From Candidatus Altimarinota bacterium (GTDB lineage Bacteria > Patescibacteriota > Gracilibacteria > UBA1369): a stretch of DNA of 64,000 nucleotides. Positions 57,159 through 64,000 of this stretch are shown here, in pieces. Made by a program: the position numbers and the translations under genes. Positions within the stretch are counted from its first letter, which is position 1. Every line of letters starts with the position of its first letter. The DNA is taken from NCBI GenBank assembly GCA_963677745.1, contig OY782391.1, positions 1,216,001 to 1,280,000 of the forward strand. Reading direction: 5' to 3'. The notes beneath the pieces are model-generated. The model made no database searches. It saw only the letters and a list, made by a program, of their open reading frames with translations, and was not told the DNA's origin.

Positions 57159-60100
57159 ATGTTTGCCAACAAAAACAAAAAACTCGCCGTGGCTCTACTG
57201 GGACTGATCTTCCTGGTGCAGGGAATTACCATGATCTTTCCTTCCACCGCTCGGGCGGACTCCGGCCAGGACTTTCTGCAATTTATGGGCTGTGACGACA
57301 AGAACGGCGACGGCAGTCTGAATTTCTTTGATGACTGTACGTCCGGAGGAAGCACTCCCGGCCAGGTCACCTCTTTCATTACCTTCAAAGGAGATCTTAC
57401 TCCGCCCAACACGGAAGGCTATGCTGCCGGACTGACTCAGGCTACGGACGCCCGTACTTTCATACTGCGTGTGACCAACTTCGCCCTGGGTTTTCTGGGT
57501 CTGATTGCCGTTTTGATTGTAATCTATGGCGGCTTTTTGTCCGTCATATCCGCCGGTGACGCCGAAAAGGCCAAAAAAGGCCGGAGTGCTATTACTTATG
57601 CCGCAATTGGTCTGTTGCTGGTGATGGGATCTTTTGCCTTAGTCAACACGATCCTGCTGGCTCCCGGAGGAAAAGGGGAAACCAGCGGCGCCCAGTCCGC
57701 TCTCAACAACAGTACAATCCGCGGAGTGGCAGGAGCTCAGCGTTTCAATTATCTGGCTTCCCAGATCGAGGACATCATGGTTCAGGTCTACAAAAGTTAT
57801 CAATTCCACCTGTCCGCCAAACAACAGCTCGAAAATGGACAGGCCGCCATCAACTCCTATAACGAATCAAGCTGCGTAGTCCCGATGAGCAGCTGCGTCA
57901 GCGCCTTCAGAACACTTACCACTAGTCAGGTAATAATTCTGCGCAACCTGGTCAATCTGCCCGACGCCAACGTCAAATTCAATACGAACATGACCAAACT
58001 GATCAATGACATCAATACTTTGATCAACAACGGTGGTGACGGAGCCAAAAGTCTCTCGGCCATCGCCGCCTATAGTCTGGCCGAAGGCTGCGATGATTCG
58101 GAAAACACTTTTGCCGATACCAACCCCTGCAAAGACAGCCAGAAACAGAAAATTATTAATGATATAAACGTTTTAAAGGGAGCGATAACCGCAAAAATCG
58201 CCGGAGCAGGTGCCTTCCTTTCCGAAAGTTACAAAATTGACTTGGACTCGGCTGCCCAGAAAACAGCTGCTGTCTATCAGACCGTCAAAGGTCTCGCTAG
58301 TAACATGATAGGTCAAAAATACTTTACGGATCTCATTAAAGTTTTTGTGGGAAATCAAAGTGCGACTGATGTGACGACAGCCTTTGCGGGTAGTGCGTAC
58401 GAGGCGGAATGGAAGTCCATGACTCCTTTTCTTAAGATTGATGGAATTAACAACAGTGCTTCTCTCTCCACTCTCGGACAGGACAACATCAAATTGATTT
58501 TAAAGAGCTTGATGGAAATCAGGTCACTTTTGACCAATCTGCAGTTTGTGAATGCCATCGTCAGCGCGGATGTGGTCCAGGGTAACGCACCATTGATCGT
58601 CAATTTCTCCAGCGTTGGATCCACCGATCCTTCCGGTTTCACTATTACAGATTCACAGATCAAATGGGATTTGAACGGCGACGGAGTATTCTCCGGAGAC
58701 AACGGTGCCTTATCCGCCACTTCCGGCAGCAAAGAGGAAGGGTACATGAACTGTCCTGAAAACCTCAAGGCTACCGCCAGCTGTATCTTCACCAAAGCCG
58801 GTACCTACCGGGTAACTCTCAAGATCAAACCAAAAAGCGATCCCAAGGCTTTGGATCCTGCTACAGGTCTCAGCTGGGAACAGGAGGTTGCTCCTGGAAT
58901 TTCCTATATCGACGTTCTGGTCAATCCTCCCGCCACCAAGATCAACCTGGAGGTTGGTCCCAAGTCCGGTCCGATGCGTACCATCATTAAGTACAGTGAA
59001 ACTACCGGTACTATTCAGGAGGATCATGACAAAATTTATTTTACTCTGGCGGAAGCAAAGGCAGGTTTGAAATTTGATGCCACCAAGTCCACTTTTTCCG
59101 ACGGGTCCACCTCCATTAATGGAGACATAAATACAAAAGTACGTTGGAATTTCGGGGTCCCTTCTCCCAACAACGATATTTATCAGGTGGCTTCCGATGG
59201 GAGTCTGGCACCTTTGGAACAGGCTTATAGCGCCGTGGGCAGTTATCAGGTCAGATTCGAGGTTATGGACAAGAACGGTGTCATTGACCGCAAGATCTTC
59301 ACAGTAGTTATTTCCAACGTGGCTCCGCGTATTACCAATCCGCCGGTCAGCGGGGAAGTAAACAAGGAAATTATTTTTGACGGATCGAATTCCACCAGCA
59401 GCGGCGGACCAATGATTTTCAATTGGAGTATTGAGAAAATCCCCGTCGGACAATTGACGGCCTATATCCGGTCTTCAGACAACTGGGTTGCGCGTAGCGC
59501 TCATGCGGCTTTGGTGGATCCAAACAAAACTCTTAGTGAGGCCGGGGCAGTCAGTGCGGCGGCCAGTCAGGTTTTACCGGTCAAGACGCTGGAACCCAGC
59601 AAACGCTCGGAAAGCAACTCTTATTATGACTGCAGCATGCCCGAAGGGAAAGACGACACACTGAAATGCAACTTTAAAAAAGCAGGAACCTACAAAGTGA
59701 CGCTCTATCTGGATGACGACGGTGAAGCACAGGATGAATCTACCATCATCACGATCAATTCCACTTCTCCAACCGCTTCCTTCCGGGCAACCAGAATAAC
59801 CGATGCTTCCCCGGCACTTTATCGTCTGGATGGAAGTAATTTCAGTTTTGATCCGGATGAGAAAGATAATTCCAATCTGGAGTACAGCTGGGAATTCAAT
59901 CCCAACAATTGCGTATTGGTTGGCTTTGCAGACGAGAATACGGAAGCCGATCTTACCAATGCCTACTCGGCCCAGACCCCCTGTGAAAGCCTAAAACCTT
60001 TCAGTGCTAAGAGTGGACAGCCTGTGGTCAAATTCACGCAGAAAGGGAATTTCACGGTAAGTCTGGTAGTCAGAATGATTGATGAGCCGAATCTGATCTC

Positions 60101-61952
60101 AGAATCATATGAACAAACACTGGTAATTGACAATATTCTGGATGTGACCTGGGGCGAAATGAAACCCAGTAACGTTTTACAGGTGACAGGAGGCGTTGCC
60201 GGTGCGGATCAGTTGCCGTCTGAGGTCAACACTACTCCGGTTGCCCCCATAACTTTCATCTTCAACAGTTCCCAGGCGATCAGTTACGATCTGGACTTCG
60301 GCGACGGAATCAATGAAAGCGGCGAAATGTCTATGGAAATTCCAAAGGAGGTGGTGCATCAGTATACGGCCACAGGTAAATACACCGCCAAACTAAGCGT
60401 CTTTGACGCGGATGATGTAGAAAATTCCATATCCAGAAAAATCTTTATCGGTGACGGAAAATCTCCGGTATCGATAGTAACAACCCTGGTCGACGGTTCG
60501 GAAGTGGAACCGCAGGATCTGGAGATGGAGGACGGTAAAACTCTCGAAAACGTGGTCGTGGTCAACCGTAAAAACAACCTTACTTTTGATGCCGTAAAAT
60601 CTCTGAATACCGACGGCACTTCCCGCCGGCTCAAGTATTCCTGGAATATCAACAACAACGAAAAGCAATCTACCAACAAACAGATTGCCTATAATTTCAG
60701 CCAGATTTCAGAGAACGGCCAACCCTATCCGGTAAAACTGAAAGTAACCAATGAAAAAGATGCCACCCAGGTCAGTGAGGATTCCGTAAACATTCTGGTG
60801 GTAGGGGAGCAGCCGACACTTCGCTCTCTCACAGCTGTACCGGACGGCCTGGAACAAACAACTCCGGTCAATGTTAAATTGACTGCGGTCGGCGCACAGG
60901 ATACCGACGGACAAATTGTTCAATACAAATGGTGGTATTATCCGGCCAACAACCCGCCATCTTCGGACGAGCGGCTCGGCCTGCAAATTACAGCTGTTCC
61001 AACTGCTGTCCTGACTATCGGGACACGTGGAATAGAAGGAGAAAAACCAACCTATAAATTCGGTGTGGAAATGACCGATAACGATAACCTGACGGTTTCC
61101 ACCGACAGCCAGAACGATGACCAGAAATTAAATCTGATCGCACCGCAGGTGCAGGTTACCAATGGCCCAAATAAAGCTCCGGTAGCCAGATTTACTGTAG
61201 ATAGGACCTCAGTACAGGTGGGAGAAATGGTAAATTACGCCTCCTCTTCGTTTGATCCGGATACCGGCGGCGGAATCAAAGAATACAAATGGGATTTCGG
61301 TGACGGCAGCAAAGGTGAAAACAAAGCCAGTGTCAGTCATGCGTATCAGAAAGCCAATGTTGACGGATACAAAGTCAAGCTGACGGTGGTCGACAGTAAC
61401 TCCAGCGAAGCCACCTCTGATCCTGTTAAAATCTATGTCGATGCGCAGGCCGAACCACCCGTGGCCAGTTTCACCTCACAGCAGCAAAGCGGTGCCAAAA
61501 CGGTCAAGTTTACCAACACCTCTACTGCCGATGAAGCGGCCGGAGCAGCCATTAAAAAATACTCCTGGGATTTTGACGTTAGCCTGGACTCCAACGGTGA
61601 CGGCAAAAAAGACAATGATATTGATTCCGGGGAATCCAATCCCACTTACACTTATCCCAATTATGGCATATACAGAGCCAAGCTGACCGTGGAAGACAAC
61701 CAGGGGCAGGTACGTTCCATCACCAATTTCGTAAACGTAAAACCGGCGGTGCCCGCCACTGTCAGCAGCACCGGAGGAGGGGTGAGAATAGCCCAGGGGG
61801 AATTCGATTCGGCCGTCAAATCTGCCGGAGCCAATCTCTTCGAAGCCAGTCACAAAGTTGACACAGGATTACTTGCCGGAAGTGTTGGAGCTTATGCTAT
61901 ACTCTGGTTAATTTCACAAAGAAAACAAAAAGCCACTACCAAAAATAAATAG
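57159..61952 (+). CDS. giant surface protein: N-terminal pilin-like repeat, helical region, multiple PKD domains, C-terminal TM anchor
   Basis: IAVLIVIYGGF...SAGDAEKAKKGR; repeated WDFGDG / Y...G.Y.V.L.V.D; TM followed by KQKATTKNK; start refined to ATG 57159. Confidence 0.88.
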   Translation: MFANKNKKLAVALLGLIFLVQGITMIFPSTARADSGQDFLQFMGCDDKNGDGSLNFFDDCTSGGSTPGQVTSFITFKGDLTPPNTEGYAAGLTQATDARTFILRVTNFALGFLGLIAVLIVIYGGFLSVISAGDAEKAKKGRSAITYAAIGLLLVMGSFALVNTILLAPGGKGETSGAQSALNNSTIRGVAGAQRFNYLASQIEDIMVQVYKSYQFHLSAKQQLENGQAAINSYNESSCVVPMSSCVSAFRTLTTSQVIILRNLVNLPDANVKFNTNMTKLINDINTLINNGGDGAKSLSAIAAYSLAEGCDDSENTFADTNPCKDSQKQKIINDINVLKGAITAKIAGAGAFLSESYKIDLDSAAQKTAAVYQTVKGLASNMIGQKYFTDLIKVFVGNQSATDVTTAFAGSAYEAEWKSMTPFLKIDGINNSASLSTLGQDNIKLILKSLMEIRSLLTNLQFVNAIVSADVVQGNAPLIVNFSSVGSTDPSGFTITDSQIKWDLNGDGVFSGDNGALSATSGSKEEGYMNCPENLKATASCIFTKAGTYRVTLKIKPKSDPKALDPATGLSWEQEVAPGISYIDVLVNPPATKINLEVGPKSGPMRTIIKYSETTGTIQEDHDKIYFTLAEAKAGLKFDATKSTFSDGSTSINGDINTKVRWNFGVPSPNNDIYQVASDGSLAPLEQAYSAVGSYQVRFEVMDKNGVIDRKIFTVVISNVAPRITNPPVSGEVNKEIIFDGSNSTSSGGPMIFNWSIEKIPVGQLTAYIRSSDNWVARSAHAALVDPNKTLSEAGAVSAAASQVLPVKTLEPSKRSESNSYYDCSMPEGKDDTLKCNFKKAGTYKVTLYLDDDGEAQDESTIITINSTSPTASFRATRITDASPALYRLDGSNFSFDPDEKDNSNLEYSWEFNPNNCVLVGFADENTEADLTNAYSAQTPCESLKPFSAKSGQPVVKFTQKGNFTVSLVVRMIDEPNLISESYEQTLVIDNILDVTWGEMKPSNVLQVTGGVAGADQLPSEVNTTPVAPITFIFNSSQAISYDLDFGDGINESGEMSMEIPKEVVHQYTATGKYTAKLSVFDADDVENSISRKIFIGDGKSPVSIVTTLVDGSEVEPQDLEMEDGKTLENVVVVNRKNNLTFDAVKSLNTDGTSRRLKYSWNINNNEKQSTNKQIAYNFSQISENGQPYPVKLKVTNEKDATQVSEDSVNILVVGEQPTLRSLTAVPDGLEQTTPVNVKLTAVGAQDTDGQIVQYKWWYYPANNPPSSDERLGLQITAVPTAVLTIGTRGIEGEKPTYKFGVEMTDNDNLTVSTDSQNDDQKLNLIAPQVQVTNGPNKAPVARFTVDRTSVQVGEMVNYASSSFDPDTGGGIKEYKWDFGDGSKGENKASVSHAYQKANVDGYKVKLTVVDSNSSEATSDPVKIYVDAQAEPPVASFTSQQQSGAKTVKFTNTSTADEAAGAAIKKYSWDFDVSLDSNGDGKKDNDIDSGESNPTYTYPNYGIYRAKLTVEDNQGQVRSITNFVNVKPAVPATVSSTGGGVRIAQGEFDSAVKSAGANLFEASHKVDTGLLAGSVGAYAILWLISQRKQKATTKNK

Positions 61953-61958
61953 ACCAAT

Positions 61959-64000
61959 ATGGAAAATACCAATCCCAACAACACGGCTGCAACACAGGGT
62001 TCTGCTCCCACTCCCGGACAGGCTATTCCGATGCCGGCTCCCAGCCAGACACCTGCACCCGCCCCAACTCCAGTACCTGCCCCGACTCCTGCTCCTGCTA
62101 CTGCTCCCGCCACTCCGGCCGCCGTACCGGTGGCTCCAGTGGTTCAGCCAGCTCCAGTCGCCCCGGCTGCGCAACCAGCCGCTCCAGCCGCAACTACAAC
62201 TCCAGCTCCCACCACTACTGTATCCCAGCCGGTTCCCGTTGTTCAACCCGCCGCGCCCGTTTCCCAGCCGGTTCAAAACGTCCCGACAGTTGCTCAGCCA
62301 GCCGTACAACCATCCGTACAGCCATCCATACAACAGGTGGCTCCCCAACAGGTCAGGATGCAACAACCCACAGTCATGCCGCAGGGGATTCCTGCCGGCC
62401 AGCCAATGCAAAATCAGCAGTCGTTTTATCAGAACCGTCCGAACCCTCAACAGATGCAACAGATACCTCTGCAGGGACAGCCGCAGCAGCCGGGTCAACC
62501 TGTAGCAGGCCAGCCTGGACAACCGGGTCGTCCCGTGCCCAGACAACTGGCCGGCCAACCCGGCGGACCCAACCCCAAGAAACTTTTGCTGGGATGCCTG
62601 GGATTTGTAGGCTTTTCCATAGTATTATTTATAATCTTTGTAGTCGCTTATGTCAGCCAGACCACGGCTGCCGGTGAAAATGCTTTGGCCTCGTCGCTGG
62701 GCGTAAATCCCGCGGAATTTACCAACACTTTGATTCTGCTGACCAACCTGATTTTCGGAGCGGTAACGATGATTGTCTTCTTTGTGGCGGTATTCGGACT
62801 GTTCAGAGGGGCGATGGCTCCCAAGACCGATAAACCGGCCAGATCCAAAGGATTCAAACAGGCGGGGATTTCCGGTGCGATTTTACTGTTGGTAATTTTT
62901 ATCTGGGTGATAGTTTTCATTTACCTTAACGGCAAAAAGATCGATATCCCTCAAAACCAGCAGCAAACAGTCGGCTTCACCACGGAACCCGAGACCACTA
63001 CCCGTCTGACCGCCCCGATTGATATTAAATTTGATGCTTCCAAACTGGTAGTTCCGAAAACCATTGAGCTGACTTTCTATCAGTGGGATTTCGGTGACGG
63101 GTCGGCTTCGACTGCACCGATTGTGACCCATACTTACCGTGAAGTGGGACAATATCCCGTCAAACTTACGGTCAGCGGCATCAACAAGAATAACAATGAA
63201 ACGGTTACCGAAACTTACGACAAACTGGTTACGGTAATTGATGTAAAAATCAATGCTGATTTTACTTACACGCCGGAAACGGGACCCGCTCCGCTCAAAG
63301 TTTCTTTTGACGCATCCGGATCAAGTTCCCCGGCCGGAGAAATCACCACCTATGCCTGGGATTTCAAAGGACAGAATAACTTCGCTGATGCCGATGGCCA
63401 AACGGCTGAATATACTTTCAATGGATCGGGAGATTATGACGTGAAGTTGAGAGTGACCGACAATACCGGCAAGGACGCCATTGTCACCAAAACAATTACG
63501 GTCGGAGGTCCCGATACTCCGGTTGCTGTTATTGATATTCCCACAACTGACGGAAAATATTATGTCGGTAAACAAATGACTTTTCTCGGTGAAAAATCAA
63601 CCTCTCCAAGTGGAGCAGTCACCAAATATGAATGGGACTTCGGTGATGAAACCCCCAAGGCCAATACCCGCACGGCCACTCATACTTATAAATCCGGCGG
63701 GCTATATGAGGTGACCTTAAAAGTCACCGATGAAGCCGGAAAATCTGGAATCGCCGCACAAAAAATTAACGTTGGCATGGAGGAACAGCCTCCGGTAGCC
63801 GTAATTTCCACCGATCCACCGCTTGGCAAAAACGAGAAATCGCTCAGCGGACAGGCCCCGTTCGAAGTGGCTTTTGATGCCGGACAATCCACGGATCCCA
63901 ATGAAAATCTGGTTGAATTTAAATGGGACTTTGATGGAGACGGCAAGATAGACGCCAATGGCGATGCGGTTTCCTATATTTTCAAAATACCCGGTTCCTA
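61959..64000 (+). CDS. PKD-repeat membrane protein with Pro/Gln-rich N-terminus (truncated at the window end; absent from the ORF track)
   Basis: ATG at 61959 reads MENTNPNNTAATQGSAPTPG...; three TM helices; repeated WDFGDG; no stop seen before 64000. Confidence 0.88.
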   Translation, partial: MENTNPNNTAATQGSAPTPGQAIPMPAPSQTPAPAPTPVPAPTPAPATAPATPAAVPVAPVVQPAPVAPAAQPAAPAATTTPAPTTTVSQPVPVVQPAAPVSQPVQNVPTVAQPAVQPSVQPSIQQVAPQQVRMQQPTVMPQGIPAGQPMQNQQSFYQNRPNPQQMQQIPLQGQPQQPGQPVAGQPGQPGRPVPRQLAGQPGGPNPKKLLLGCLGFVGFSIVLFIIFVVAYVSQTTAAGENALASSLGVNPAEFTNTLILLTNLIFGAVTMIVFFVAVFGLFRGAMAPKTDKPARSKGFKQAGISGAILLLVIFIWVIVFIYLNGKKIDIPQNQQQTVGFTTEPETTTRLTAPIDIKFDASKLVVPKTIELTFYQWDFGDGSASTAPIVTHTYREVGQYPVKLTVSGINKNNNETVTETYDKLVTVIDVKINADFTYTPETGPAPLKVSFDASGSSSPAGEITTYAWDFKGQNNFADADGQTAEYTFNGSGDYDVKLRVTDNTGKDAIVTKTITVGGPDTPVAVIDIPTTDGKYYVGKQMTFLGEKSTSPSGAVTKYEWDFGDETPKANTRTATHTYKSGGLYEVTLKVTDEAGKSGIAAQKINVGMEEQPPVAVISTDPPLGKNEKSLSGQAPFEVAFDAGQSTDPNENLVEFKWDFDGDGKIDANGDAVSYIFKIPGS

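Noticed and set aside
61990-62570. Tandem-repeat-like DNA and minus-strand ORFs 61892..62113 and 61914..62558
   Set aside because: Explained by the Pro/Ala/Gln low-complexity N-terminus of the plus-strand gene starting at 61959.
1-64000. Genetic code 25 (UGA=Gly) as in Gracilibacteria sensu stricto and Absconditabacteria
   Set aside because: Gly-rich ORFs up to 2201 aa are open under code 11, and tmk ends at a TGA overlapping the folD start.
1-64000. CRISPR array, IS element or prophage
   Set aside because: No regularly spaced short repeats, cas, transposase, integrase or phage structural genes were seen.

Overview
This 64 kb window looks like chromosomal DNA from a Patescibacteria (CPR) bacterium, most plausibly Peregrinibacteria-like; the taxonomy is inferred from gene content (TrmB regulator, SLH/FlgD surface protein, VirB2/TrbC-like multi-pilins, PKD giants, many orphan proteins). 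Genetic code 11 fits the ORFs. Housekeeping genes: rpsT, folD-tmk-dut, hppA, secE-nusG, rplK, rplA and four tRNAs. Main highlights: (1) four very large secreted proteins with shuffled N-terminal modules (beta-propeller-like repeats, IPT/TIG, FN3, RCC1) that all end in a near-identical ~540-bp, 6-Cys WxL-like cassette showing patchwork sequence exchange; three of them split the secE-nusG-rplK-rplA cluster and the fourth abuts rplA; (2) a tRNA-Ile2(CAU) split at 33/34 by a 606-nt group I intron carrying an antisense, apparently leaderless HNH endonuclease gene; (3) an outer-membrane beta-barrel-like protein in a probably monoderm organism; (4) a multibranched ~200-nt RNA leader in front of the S-layer-like gene; (5) a triple-pilin/PKD surface gene cluster running off the right edge. 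All calls are from reading the sequence; no database searches were run.
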